A stretch of DNA of 62,804 nt from Acidobacteriota bacterium. GTDB taxonomy: Bacteria; Acidobacteriota; Terriglobia; Terriglobales; SCQP01. Positions 11,136-20,932 of this stretch are shown piece after piece. Position 1 is the stretch's first letter, and each line of letters opens with the position of its first letter. Under the pieces are notes generated by a model. It ran no database searches. It was not told where the DNA came from and was given only the letters and a program-made list of their open reading frames with translations. The stretch lies in NCBI GenBank assembly GCA_027451805.1, contig DAIDIF010000263.1:1-62804 (forward strand), written 5' to 3'. A program made the translations under genes and the position numbers.

Positions 11136-14100
11136 CTACGCAGGCGGCAAGCGGGCTCTGAGCGCCTTCCATTGCGCCAGGACGGCGGCGGCCTGGACGC
11201 GGGCGCGGCGGCAGGCGGCGATATTGGCCGCAGTGGGCGCGATATCGGCGCCCTGCATCGCCATGGCGGCTGACATTTCGGCATTCGCGGCGCTGTCCAG
11301 ATTGGGCGGCGCAGGCGGGCCGGCGCGGCGGAAGAAGAAGGCGAAGCGGCCGCCGCGCGGCGGCGCGGGCGCCAGCGCCAGCAACTGCCGGCGCAGGGCG
11401 GGATCCTGGGTCCCAGCCAGCGCGGCGCGCGCCTGGGCGTAGGCGGCGTGGGTGGCGACGGCGCCGTTGTACATTTCGCGGGTGAGGCGATACAACTCCT
11501 GCAGGCCGGCGGCGGGCGTAGTCACGCGCGGATCCATCTTGAGCGTGAGCGGCTGGGTGTACTGCCGGCCATCCACGGTGAGACGGACGGTGTATTGCCC
11601 GGGCGGGGCCCAGGGAGCGTTCACGGTCGGATAGGTGCGGTGCGGCACGGCGCCGGTAGCGCCTTCGCCGCCGGGGCCGCTGCCGGCTAGCGGCTGGAAG
11701 TGCATATCCCACCAGACGCGGTGCATGCCGGCGGCGGTGGAGATGATCATGGGCGGCGCCGGCCAGTAGAGCGGCAGTGCGCAGTCGGCGAGCGCCGGGT
11801 TGCGCTGGCACAACCGATTGTAGGCAGCCGGGTCGAGCGCCGGCGTGGGGCCGGTGGGGTTGTCGGCGCTGGAGTAGGTGCGGATGACCTGGTTGCCGCT
11901 CAGGATCTGGAGCGTGACCGCACCCGACGCGGCCTGCGGCAGGTAATAGTCGATGATGGCGCCTGGCGGCGGATTCTGCCCCGCCGGCAACTCCGGCGGC
12001 CAGGGGGTGGGGTCGTTGGTGCCCGGGCGCACACGGACTGCGGTTTCGGGCTTGAACAGATAGGCGGCCTGCGCCGCCAACGCCTCCGCGTGCTGGCGCA
12101 AGGGCGTAACGTCATCGAGAATCCAGAAGCCGCGGCCATGCGTGCCGGCGACCAAATCGGCGCAGATGCAGGAAGCGTCGTCCTTGACCTCAATGTCGCG
12201 CACGCTGACGGCCGGCATGTTGAGGCGCAGCGAGTGCCAGTTATCGCCGTCATCGAACGAGACCCAGGTTTGGGTGTCGGTGGCGGCATACAGCAGGCCC
12301 TTGACGCGCGGGTCCTCGCGGATGGAGTTGGCCACGGCGCCGGGCGCGATGCCGTGGTCAATCTCGGTCCAAGTCCTGCCGCCGTCGTGGGTGCGCCAGA
12401 AGTGCGGGTTCATGTCGTCCAGGCGCAGGGTGTTGGCGGCGACGTAGGCGGTGCCGGTGCTGAAGTGGCCGGCATCCATATTGAAGATGCGGGTCCAGGG
12501 CTTAATGCCGGGGGGGGTGACGTTGCGCCAATGCGCGCCGCCATCGGTGGTGACCTGGATCAGGCCGTCGTCGGTTCCGGCCCAGATGACCTGGGTGCTG
12601 ATCGGCGAGGGGGCCAGCGCCGTGATGGTGCCGAGCGCGGTGGGACGCACGGTGGCTGCGTACTTGCCGGCGTTGGCGGGCGTGGTCCAGTCGGTGCCGC
12701 GGGTGAGATCGGGGCTGATGCGAATCCAACGATGGGCGCCGTCGAGCGTCTTCCAAACAACGTTGCTGGCGAAATAGAGGATGTGAGTATTGGGCACCGC
12801 GGACCAGATGATGGGCTGCGTGCGGACCACGCGCTGGGGCGGCACGCCCGGGACAGCGGCGCCGCGGCCCACGCCCGGCGGGCCCACCTGCGCGGTCTGG
12901 CCGGTCAGGCGGTTGTAGACGGTCACCTTGCCGCCATACACCAGGTTGGGATTCGCGGGATCGGGCGCGGCTTCGCCGTACTCCTCGATGTTGACCGGAT
13001 GCCAGTCGTGGAAGGTGATCTCGCCGTCGTTGGAGCGGCTCTTGACGCAGGCGGAGCCGGAATCCTGCTGGCCGCCGCAGAGGCGATAGGGAAAGCTGTT
13101 GTCGGCGGTGACGTGGTAGACAGCGGCGGTGGGCTGGGTGTACCAGTTGCTCCAGGAGACGCCGTGATTGGCGGAGACCACGCCGCCCTGATCGGAGACG
13201 AGCAGGATGATGTTGGGGTTGTTGGGGTTGATCCAGGTCTTCTGATAGTCGTCACCGCCGGGCGCGCCGCGCACTGCGGTCCAGTACTTGCCGCCGTCAT
13301 CACTGCGCCAGAAGACCGTGGAGCAGTCGTAGACGACGTTGGGGTTGTGCGGATCCACCGCGATGGTCGGCAGGTCGCCGCCGCCAATGCGCGCCATAGG
13401 ACGGGGATCATGGCCGGTAATGGCCCAGGTGGCGCCGCCATCGCTGGACTTGTAGAGGCCGATGGCGCCGCCGCGCCCGCCGAACGGTCCGCGGCCGCCG
13501 CGCGTGCCGGCGGGCGAAGCGGGCGCGATGGTGGCGTAGATGGTCTGCGGGTCGGAGGGGGAGAGCGCCAGGTTGGCCTGGATCACCGTGGGCAGGCCGC
13601 CCGACAGCTTGGTCCAGGTGTCACCGCCGTCGGTGGACTTGAAGATGCCGCCGCTGGTGCCGCTGAAACTGCCATTCTCGTAGAAGCCTTCCTGCTGCTG
13701 CCAGAGGGCCGCATAAACGATGTTGGGGTTTTGCGGATCGATCACGACGTCGTTGGCGCTGGTGTAGTCGTCCTTGAAGAGGACCTTTTGGAAGCTTGCG
13801 CCGCCGTCGGTCGAGCGGAAGATGCCGCGCTGCGCATTGGGGCCGTAAGGGTGGCCGAGGGCAGCGACAAACACGCGATTGGGATCGTGCGGATCCACCG
13901 CGATGTTGGCGATCATTTGGGTATCGCGCAAATCGGCCAGATGGGTCCAGGTGCGGCCGGCGTCGGTGGATTTGTAGACGCCGTCGCCGACGGAGAGATC
14001 GGGGCGGATGATGCCCGCCCCGGTGCCGACATAGATCACGTTCGGATCGGAGGGGGCGACGGCGATGGCGCCAATCGAACCGGTGGGCTCGCGGTCAAAC

Positions 14101-14333
14101 AGCGGATGCCAGGTCGAACCGTAATCCGTGGACCGCCAAACGCCGCCGTTGTCGAAGCCGATGTAAAAGACGTTGGGCTGGCTGGGCACGCCGGAGAGAG
14201 CGCGCGCGCGGCCGGCGCGAGTGGGGCCGATTTCGCGCCAGCGCATGGCGTTGTAGGTCGAGGGCGCCTGAGCGAAGCCAACGACAGTGGCCAGAGCGGC
14301 AACGAGAGAACAGCGCAGCAGGAAATGGCGCAC
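11136..14333 (-). CDS. Second secreted VPS10/BNR repeat glycosyl hydrolase-like protein
   Basis: GTG start with SD ggagg, signal peptide, WREIGPTRAGR, repeated S.DGG.TW Asp-boxes, GGQQDSGS and THGRGFWILDD. Paralog of 749-3856. Confidence 0.85.
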   Translation of the reverse strand: MRHFLLRCSLVAALATVVGFAQAPSTYNAMRWREIGPTRAGRARALSGVPSQPNVFYIGFDNGGVWRSTDYGSTWHPLFDREPTGSIGAIAVAPSDPNVIYVGTGAGIIRPDLSVGDGVYKSTDAGRTWTHLADLRDTQMIANIAVDPHDPNRVFVAALGHPYGPNAQRGIFRSTDGGASFQKVLFKDDYTSANDVVIDPQNPNIVYAALWQQQEGFYENGSFSGTSGGIFKSTDGGDTWTKLSGGLPTVIQANLALSPSDPQTIYATIAPASPAGTRGGRGPFGGRGGAIGLYKSSDGGATWAITGHDPRPMARIGGGDLPTIAVDPHNPNVVYDCSTVFWRSDDGGKYWTAVRGAPGGDDYQKTWINPNNPNIILLVSDQGGVVSANHGVSWSNWYTQPTAAVYHVTADNSFPYRLCGGQQDSGSACVKSRSNDGEITFHDWHPVNIEEYGEAAPDPANPNLVYGGKVTVYNRLTGQTAQVGPPGVGRGAAVPGVPPQRVVRTQPIIWSAVPNTHILYFASNVVWKTLDGAHRWIRISPDLTRGTDWTTPANAGKYAATVRPTALGTITALAPSPISTQVIWAGTDDGLIQVTTDGGAHWRNVTPPGIKPWTRIFNMDAGHFSTGTAYVAANTLRLDDMNPHFWRTHDGGRTWTEIDHGIAPGAVANSIREDPRVKGLLYAATDTQTWVSFDDGDNWHSLRLNMPAVSVRDIEVKDDASCICADLVAGTHGRGFWILDDVTPLRQHAEALAAQAAYLFKPETAVRVRPGTNDPTPWPPELPAGQNPPPGAIIDYYLPQAASGAVTLQILSGNQVIRTYSSADNPTGPTPALDPAAYNRLCQRNPALADCALPLYWPAPPMIISTAAGMHRVWWDMHFQPLAGSGPGGEGATGAVPHRTYPTVNAPWAPPGQYTVRLTVDGRQYTQPLTLKMDPRVTTPAAGLQELYRLTREMYNGAVATHAAYAQARAALAGTQDPALRRQLLALAPAPPRGGRFAFFFRRAGPPAPPNLDSAANAEMSAAMAMQGADIAPTAANIAACRRARVQAAAVLAQWKALRARLPPA

Positions 14334-14569
14334 GAGACAGCCTCCAAGGCGTAACAGCTACGGCTGACAGGATACAGGAAAGCAGGCGCCCGGAGCCAAC
14401 GCAAAGCAACCTGCCGGTTTGATCAAGGCAGGAGCCTAAATAACCTCGGCGGGCGGCAGGGGGGCGGGTGGCGCCGGATTGGGCATGCACCCAGACGCCG
14501 GGACGTGCGGCTCCAGCGGCGGCGACATGGCGAATCCACGAGCGGTAGTTTGATGCCACACTGGGGAAC

Positions 14570-15256
14570 ATGCACGCTCGCCGGCAGCGGCTCATTTTCG
14601 CGGCGGGTCTGCTGGCGGCGATGGCGGGCTGCCGATCCGCTCCGCCGCTGCCGCCGGCTCCGCCGACGGCCACCATCGCCACCGAATATGACCTGATTTA
14701 CGCCATCAGCCATGCGAAGATGAGCCGGGCTCCGAGCCCTTTCCTGACATCCATGGTGGCGCGTCTCGGGCTGCAGGGCGGAACAGCGCTGGATATTGGC
14801 GGCGGGGCGGGGCGGAATTCGATCTTTCTGGCCCAGCGCGGCTTTCGCGTAACCAACGTGGACCTTTCGCGCGTGGGACTGGACCTGACGAAGCAGCGGG
14901 CGGCGATGGCGCACGTGCCGGTCACGACGGTGGCCGCGGACATCAATCGCTTCGACCTCGGCCAGGCGCGGTGGAACCTGATCACGCTGATCGATTTCCC
15001 GTTCGCCTATCGCGCGCTGCTGCCGCGCATCGCCGCCGGGCTGAAGCCCGGCGGGGTGGTGGTGATCCAGGAGGTCGCCCAGGGGCAGCCGGGGCTGGAG
15101 TCGCCCGACAAGGTGCTGCGCTACACCTTCATGGCGCGCGGCGATCTGGATGCGCCGTTCGCCGGCTTCACCATCCTGCACGACACGCTGGGCGAGGAGC
15201 CGACGGTGTGGGGCGTCAAGGCGCTGATGATCCGCTACGCCGCGCGGAAGCCATGA
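14570..15256 (+). CDS. Class I SAM-dependent methyltransferase (TehB-like) with a lipoprotein-type signal peptide
   Basis: Motif I ALDIGGGAGRNSIFLA, V..VD.S..GL, ADI..FD and LKPGG. N-terminus MHARRQRLIFAAGLLAAMAGC ends in a lipobox-like MAGC (Cys21). Confidence 0.8.
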   Translation: MHARRQRLIFAAGLLAAMAGCRSAPPLPPAPPTATIATEYDLIYAISHAKMSRAPSPFLTSMVARLGLQGGTALDIGGGAGRNSIFLAQRGFRVTNVDLSRVGLDLTKQRAAMAHVPVTTVAADINRFDLGQARWNLITLIDFPFAYRALLPRIAAGLKPGGVVVIQEVAQGQPGLESPDKVLRYTFMARGDLDAPFAGFTILHDTLGEEPTVWGVKALMIRYAARKP

Positions 15257-16431
15257 GCGCCACCGCGACGGCCGAGCAGCGGCGCGCCACGGCGATGCGG
15301 TTCATCGTCACACTGGGCCTGGTCAGTCTGTTCGCGGACATGACCTATGAGGGCGCGCGCTCGATTATTGGGCCGTTCCTGCAGAATCTGGGGGCGAGCG
15401 GATTCCAAATGGGGCTGGTGATCGGGCTGGGAGAGATGTGCGCCGCCGGCTTGCGGTACTTCTCGGGACGGCTGGCCGACCGCAGCCGAGCCTACTGGCT
15501 GCTGACGATCGGCGGCTACGGCATCAACCTGATCGCCGTGCCGGCGCTGGCCTTTGCGGGCAACTGGATGATGGCGGCGCTGCTGGTGGTGGCGGAACGC
15601 ACCGGCAAGGCGGTGCGCGGGCCGGCGCGCGACGTGCTGCTGTCGAGCGCAACCGCCGAAGTGGGATACGGCTGGGGCTTCGGCATTCATCGCGCGCTGG
15701 ACCAGACGGGCGCGGTGCTGGGGCCCTTGTGGGTGGCGCTGGCGGTAGCGCGCAGCCACGGATTCCGGGAAGCGTTCCTGCCGCTGGCGATTCCCGCCGC
15801 GGCAGCGCTGCTTTCGCTGCTGGTGGCGAGGACCGTTCACCCGGCGTACCGCACACCGCCGGCCGCGCCCAAGGACAGCGCGAAGCTGCCGCCGGTGTTC
15901 TGGATTTACGTCGGCGCGGCGGCGCTGCTGGCGTTCGGCTACCTGGACTTCCCGTTCTTCGCTTACTACTGGGTGCGCCACCAGATGTTTCACGACGCGA
16001 CGATTCCGGTGCTGTACGCGGCGGCAATGGCGGGGGAAGGCGCCACCGGGCTGGGCCTGGGGCGGCTTTACGACCGCTTTGGGATCGCAATGTTGAGCGC
16101 GGCGACGATGGTGTCGCTGCTGGCGCTGCCGCTGGGGTTCTGGGGCGGGCCGGGCGGCGCCATGCTGGCGATCGCGTGCTGGGCGATCGGGATGGGAGCG
16201 CAAAGCGTGTGCCTGCGCTCCGGGATTGCCGGACTGGTTTCGATGAACAAGCGCGGCAGTGCGTTTGGAGCGCTGAGCGGGGTTTTCGGCGTGGCGTGGT
16301 TTGCCGGCAGTGCGCTGTTGGGCTGGCTCCTCGACCATAACCTGCTGGCCATGGTGGTGATCGGCATGGGTGCGCAAGCGGCGGCTGCGGGAATCTTCCT
16401 GGGGCTGCGGAGCCAGTTAACCGCCAGTTGA
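15253..16431 (+). CDS. MFS transporter
   Basis: About 12 hydrophobic segments with SGRLADR, ERTGKAVRGPARD and GRLYDRFG motifs. ATGA overlap with the methyltransferase stop. Confidence 0.88.
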   Translation: MSATATAEQRRATAMRFIVTLGLVSLFADMTYEGARSIIGPFLQNLGASGFQMGLVIGLGEMCAAGLRYFSGRLADRSRAYWLLTIGGYGINLIAVPALAFAGNWMMAALLVVAERTGKAVRGPARDVLLSSATAEVGYGWGFGIHRALDQTGAVLGPLWVALAVARSHGFREAFLPLAIPAAAALLSLLVARTVHPAYRTPPAAPKDSAKLPPVFWIYVGAAALLAFGYLDFPFFAYYWVRHQMFHDATIPVLYAAAMAGEGATGLGLGRLYDRFGIAMLSAATMVSLLALPLGFWGGPGGAMLAIACWAIGMGAQSVCLRSGIAGLVSMNKRGSAFGALSGVFGVAWFAGSALLGWLLDHNLLAMVVIGMGAQAAAAGIFLGLRSQLTAS

Positions 16432-17376
16432 GCCGGCGGCGGGCGGCTGCGGGATGGACTTGCGCCCGGCAAGCTCGGCATCGGTCTCCAGCAGGTTCAG
16501 CCGGGCGAAGTGGGAGAAGAACCCCCAATTGCCGTAGCGCGCCTTCAGCTCCGGCAAAACGGCGGCGACCAGCGCCTGGCGGCGCAGGCCGCGGGCGCGG
16601 GCCTGGGCCACGAGGCGGCGCAACGCGGCTACATAGCCGCGAAAGGCGAGGAGCGCGGCGCGATTGCCGATGACCCCGTGGCCGGGCACGAAGATGGCGT
16701 GGGGGCGCGGCGGCCAGCGCGAGAGCTGGGTGAGCGTGGTGAGCAGCGGAGCGGTGCTGGCGTCAATCAGATTGGGCAACGCATGGCCCCAAAACAGATC
16801 GCCGGTGAAGACCACGTTGGCGTCGGGCACGAGGATGGCGGAGTCGCCGCCGGTGTGGCCCGGGAGTACGCGGACGTCGAGTTGGCGGCCGCCCAAGTAG
16901 AGGGTGACGCCGTGGGTGTAGACCACGTCCGGGGAGCGCAGACCAGCCACCCAGGCGCGCTGCGCCGGCGTGGGGTGCGAGAAGAACTTCAGGTTCTGGG
17001 TGTGAATCCAATAGCGGACGTTGCGCTGGGCGAAGATGACCGCGCCGGCGTCGGCGAAGACCTGGTTGCCGGTGACGTGATCAATGTGGTAGTGCGTGTT
17101 GATGACGTAGCGGATGGGCAAGCGGGTGCGGCCGCGAATCGCGGCCAGCAAGGCACGGGCGGCGGGCACGCTCTGAAAGGTGTCAATCACGGCGACGGCG
17201 CGGCGGCCGATGACGAAGCCGGCGTTGCTGCCGGCGCTGCTGCCGGGATTGTCCACGGCGGCGTAAACGCCGGGCGCGAGGCGATGGAGGGTGAAGTAGG
17301 ACTTGGCAGCGGGAGCTTGCGCGCTGAGAACGGCGGCGAGCAAAGCGAGCGGAAACAGGAGGCGGCGAAGAGGCAT
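16417..17376 (-). CDS. Secreted MBL-fold metallo-hydrolase
   Basis: Signal peptide MPLRRLLFPLALLAAVLSAQ, metal motifs NTHYHIDH, GHTGGD, FTGDL and VPGHG. Starts 7 nt after the ADOP permease stop. Confidence 0.85.
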   Translation of the reverse strand: MPLRRLLFPLALLAAVLSAQAPAAKSYFTLHRLAPGVYAAVDNPGSSAGSNAGFVIGRRAVAVIDTFQSVPAARALLAAIRGRTRLPIRYVINTHYHIDHVTGNQVFADAGAVIFAQRNVRYWIHTQNLKFFSHPTPAQRAWVAGLRSPDVVYTHGVTLYLGGRQLDVRVLPGHTGGDSAILVPDANVVFTGDLFWGHALPNLIDASTAPLLTTLTQLSRWPPRPHAIFVPGHGVIGNRAALLAFRGYVAALRRLVAQARARGLRRQALVAAVLPELKARYGNWGFFSHFARLNLLETDAELAGRKSIPQPPAAGSTGG

Positions 17377-17383
17377 AAGCGGC

Positions 17384-19819
17384 TCAGGGTTCGCGAAGGG
17401 CGACAAGTGGATCCACGCGGGAGGCCTGCAGCGCAGGCATGTAACAGGCGGCGGCCGACATGGCCGCGAGCAGGAACGCGATGCCCGCATAGGTGACGAG
17501 GTTGCCGGCGCTGATACCCAGGATGAGACTTTGCAGCGAGCCGGCCAGCCAGTACGCGAGCGGCAAGCCGACCACAAGTCCCCACAACAGCAAGAGGCCA
17601 CCGCGGCGGAACACCAGCGCCACGATGTCGCGGCCGGAGGCGCCGAGCGCACGGCGAATGCCGAATTCGTGCACGCGTTCGCTGACGAGGAAGGCCATGA
17701 CGCCATAGACGCCGATGGCGGCGAGGATCAGCGCCAGCACGCCGGCCACGGTGAGCATGACAGAGACGTAGGCGATGCCGATAGTGGCCTGATGGATGGA
17801 CTCGGCGAGCGACATCACGCCATAGAGGGGCTGGTTCGGATCCACGACGGCGATGGCGCGACGCGCATCGGGACCGAGGGCGGTGACATCGCCGCCGGCA
17901 GCGCTGCGCAGCAGAAAGTAGGCGGAGTACTGGGGAAACTGGGGCTCAGGACGGTAGAAGGTGGGCTCGGGATTGTTGTCGCCCCAAGCCCATTGGACGT
18001 CCGCGGCAACGCCGACGACTGTCAGCCAAGAATCCTTGGAACTGTCGAGCCCGCCTTTGATGTGTTCGCCCAGCGGGTTGCGGCCGGGCCAGTACCGATT
18101 CGCCAAGTACTGGCTGATGATCGCGACCCCGGGTGCGCCCTGGCCGTCCGCAGCGGTGAACGCCCGGCCCCGCAGGATGGGGATGTGCATGACCGAGAAA
18201 AAATTGGGACTGACGGATTGGGGCACGGCGGCGCGATCGCGGTTGGCGCTGGCGACGGGGCGGCCCTCGATGCTGAAGTAATTGAAGTCGAGGTTATTGC
18301 CCAAGGGCAAGAATGTACAGGTCGAGGCCGCGGTGACGCCGGGCAGCGCGGACAATCGGCGCAGCGCCTGCCGATAGAAGGCGGCGCGGGCGGAATCGGC
18401 AGCGTAGTGGGGCGTGGAGGGAAGATTGAATCCGGCGGTCAGCAGGCTGGCAGGACGGTAGGCACGGTCCACATTCGTGAGCGCGTGAAACCCGCGCACC
18501 ATGAGAACGGCGCCGACCAGCAGCACCAGCGCGAGGGCGATTTGCGCCACGACCAGCACGGCGCGGATACGGCGCCGGGCATGGCCGATGGCGCCACGAC
18601 CGCCCTCTTTCAAGGTGCTGTTCAGGTCGGGGCGGGAGGCGTGCCAAGCGGGCGCAATACCGGCGAGAATACCTGCCAGGATCGCGATGGCGAGCGTGAA
18701 CAGAAGGGCGGCGCCGTCGAGGCGGATACGGCTCCAGCCGCCGATGAAGACGGCCACGGCGGCGGGCATATAGGCAAGGATGAGGCGAATGGAAACCGCG
18801 GCGAAGCCAATGCCGACCACGGCGCCCCCAAAGCCGAGCACCAGGTTCTCGGTGAGCAACTGGCGGACCAAGCGGCCGCGGCGGGCGCCGAGCGCGGTGC
18901 GGATAGAGAGCTCGTGGTTGCGGGCAAGGGCACGGGCGAACTGCAGGTTGGCGACGTTGGCGCAGGCGATCAGCAGCAGGAACCCGACCGCGCCCATCAG
19001 CAGGAAGACGTAGCTGGCGGTTTCATTGCCAATGATACGTTGCGACAGGGTCTGGACGAAGACGCCCCAACCGCGGTTGGTTTCCGGGTAGGCGGCATCG
19101 ATGCGCGCGGCGATGGTGCGCAGCTCGGAGGCGGCTGCCGCTTGCGTGACGCCGGGCTTCAAGGCGCCGAAGACGTGGAGGTAGTGATCGGTGCGGTTGT
19201 TGAGGTTGGCAGGAGTCAGGGCGAGCGGGAGCCAGAGCTGCACGGCCTGCGGCATGGTGGCGTCGCGCCCCATGATGCCGACCACGGTATAGGCCTTCTG
19301 GTTGAGCTCAATGGCACGGCCGACGATGTTGGGATCGCCGCCGAACTGATGCTGCCACAGGGCGCGGCTGAGTATCGCCTCGCGATCGTGGCCGGGCTGC
19401 GCTTCCTGCGGCAGGAAGACACGCCCACGGAGCGGAGGGGAGGGGAGGAGACGGAAGAAGTTGGCCGATACTTGCGCGGCTTGGACCATGGCCGGCGTGC
19501 CGTTGCCGCTGAGGTTGACCTGGGCATAGCGCCAGGCGCCGATGGCCTGGAAGGAGTGGGCTTGGCGGCGCCAGGCGTCGTAGGTGAAGGCGCTGACGCT
19601 GTTGGCTTGGTTGGGCGGCTGATGGGGCGCGACTTCGGCCAGGTAGAGGAGGCGGCCGGCGTTGGGGTAAGGCAACGGATGCAGGAGGATGCCGTTGGCG
19701 ACGCTGAAGATGGCGGTATTGGCGCCAATGCCGAGGCCCAAGGCGAGCATGGCAATCAGACTGGGGCCGGGGGCGCGGAGGACCAGGCGAAAGCCGTGCT
19801 TGAGATCAGCGAAGAACAT
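17384..19819 (-). CDS. ADOP-type duplicated ABC permease (MacB/FtsX-like), no ATPase domain
   Basis: DLKHGFRLVLRAPG start, LGIGANTAIFS, LLIACANVANL...R..E..IR.ALGA, a second FtsX half and DPLVALREP end. ATG 19819 preferred. Confidence 0.9.
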   Translation of the reverse strand: MFFADLKHGFRLVLRAPGPSLIAMLALGLGIGANTAIFSVANGILLHPLPYPNAGRLLYLAEVAPHQPPNQANSVSAFTYDAWRRQAHSFQAIGAWRYAQVNLSGNGTPAMVQAAQVSANFFRLLPSPPLRGRVFLPQEAQPGHDREAILSRALWQHQFGGDPNIVGRAIELNQKAYTVVGIMGRDATMPQAVQLWLPLALTPANLNNRTDHYLHVFGALKPGVTQAAAASELRTIAARIDAAYPETNRGWGVFVQTLSQRIIGNETASYVFLLMGAVGFLLLIACANVANLQFARALARNHELSIRTALGARRGRLVRQLLTENLVLGFGGAVVGIGFAAVSIRLILAYMPAAVAVFIGGWSRIRLDGAALLFTLAIAILAGILAGIAPAWHASRPDLNSTLKEGGRGAIGHARRRIRAVLVVAQIALALVLLVGAVLMVRGFHALTNVDRAYRPASLLTAGFNLPSTPHYAADSARAAFYRQALRRLSALPGVTAASTCTFLPLGNNLDFNYFSIEGRPVASANRDRAAVPQSVSPNFFSVMHIPILRGRAFTAADGQGAPGVAIISQYLANRYWPGRNPLGEHIKGGLDSSKDSWLTVVGVAADVQWAWGDNNPEPTFYRPEPQFPQYSAYFLLRSAAGGDVTALGPDARRAIAVVDPNQPLYGVMSLAESIHQATIGIAYVSVMLTVAGVLALILAAIGVYGVMAFLVSERVHEFGIRRALGASGRDIVALVFRRGGLLLLWGLVVGLPLAYWLAGSLQSLILGISAGNLVTYAGIAFLLAAMSAAACYMPALQASRVDPLVALREP

Positions 19820-19845
19820 AGGGCCAAGCCAAGGGCTCACCAAGC

Positions 19846-19870
19846 TACGGCGCAATGGCGGCAAAAGTTC
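19846..19870 (-). promoter_or_regulatory. Putative ECF-sigma promoter (GAAC-N17-CGTA) upstream of ADOP permease 1
   Basis: Minus strand reads GAAC ttttgccgccattgcgc CGTA. The same geometry occurs upstream of ADOP permease 2. Confidence 0.55.
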
Positions 19871-19914
19871 GGAAGGGCTTTGTTTTCCGAGATTAGCACG
19901 GTAAGCTGAGGGCC

Positions 19915-20925
19915 ATGCGAAGCGCACTTTGGGTATTGCTGGCCGCCACTTCCCTGCTCGCGGCGCAAGCGCCGCTTCATGTGCGCGTGAGCGCCAAAAC
20001 GGTGACTTGGGGACATTATTGCGCCTGCGACAAGCCGGTGCTGAAGATCAAGCCCGGGCAGACGGTGATCATGGACACGTTGCTGACCAACAGCCCGATG
20101 GGACTATCCCGCGCGGGCGTGCCGCAAAACCAAATCCAGGCGACGCTGAAGGAAGTGTACGCCGACGTGCCGCGCTCGGATCGGGGACCGGGTGGACATA
20201 TCCTCACCGGGCCGATTTATATCGAGGGAGCGGAGCCGGGCGACACGCTGGCGGTGCATATCGTACGCATCCAAGGGATGATCCCCTACGCGTACAACGC
20301 GTTCGGGCCGCGGAGCGGGTTCCTGCCGCAGTATTTTCCGGGCGAGCACAAGATGCGCATCATCCCGCTGGACTGGAAGACGATGATCGCGCACTTCGCC
20401 CCCGGCGTCGACATCCCGATGCACCCGTTCTTCGGCAGCATGGGGGTGGCGCCACCAGCCGCGATGGGCAAGCACAGCTCGGTGCCGCCGGATCTGATGG
20501 GCGGCAACATGGACAACAAGGACCTGGTAGCGGGCTCGACGGTGTACTTCCCGGTCTTCACACCGGGGGCGCTGTTCTACGCCGGCGACGGACACGCGGG
20601 ACAGGGCGACGGGGAGATCGACATTACGGCAATGGAGACGTCGCTGCGCGGCACGTTCCAATTCGACCTGATCAAGCACACCGGACAGACGTGGCCGCGG
20701 GCGGAGACGCCGACGCAGTACATCAGCATGGGGTTCAACAAGAACCTGACGGCGGCGGCCACGCAAGCGACGGAACAGATGATCGACTTTCTGGCGGCGA
20801 CCAAGCACATGAGCAAGGAGGACGCCTACATGCTGTGCAGCGTCGCCGGCAATGTGCACGTCACGGAACTGGTGGACCAGAATGTGGGCGTCCATGTGCT
20901 GGTGCCCAAAGCCATCTTCCACTGA
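19915..20925 (+). CDS. Acetamidase/formamidase family protein with signal peptide
   Basis: GHILTGPIYIEGAEPGDTL, GGNMDNKDL, GDGHAGQGDGE and AYMLCS motifs. Hydrophobic N-terminus ending AAQA. Confidence 0.88.
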   Translation: MRSALWVLLAATSLLAAQAPLHVRVSAKTVTWGHYCACDKPVLKIKPGQTVIMDTLLTNSPMGLSRAGVPQNQIQATLKEVYADVPRSDRGPGGHILTGPIYIEGAEPGDTLAVHIVRIQGMIPYAYNAFGPRSGFLPQYFPGEHKMRIIPLDWKTMIAHFAPGVDIPMHPFFGSMGVAPPAAMGKHSSVPPDLMGGNMDNKDLVAGSTVYFPVFTPGALFYAGDGHAGQGDGEIDITAMETSLRGTFQFDLIKHTGQTWPRAETPTQYISMGFNKNLTAAATQATEQMIDFLAATKHMSKEDAYMLCSVAGNVHVTELVDQNVGVHVLVPKAIFH

Positions 20926-20932
20926 AGTGGCC

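Noticed and set aside
14392-14445. c-di-GMP-I, SAM-I or cobalamin riboswitch suggested by ACGCAAAGC, GCAACC and ACCTGCC
   Set aside because: Only isolated short words match, and the other required helices and conserved segments are missing.
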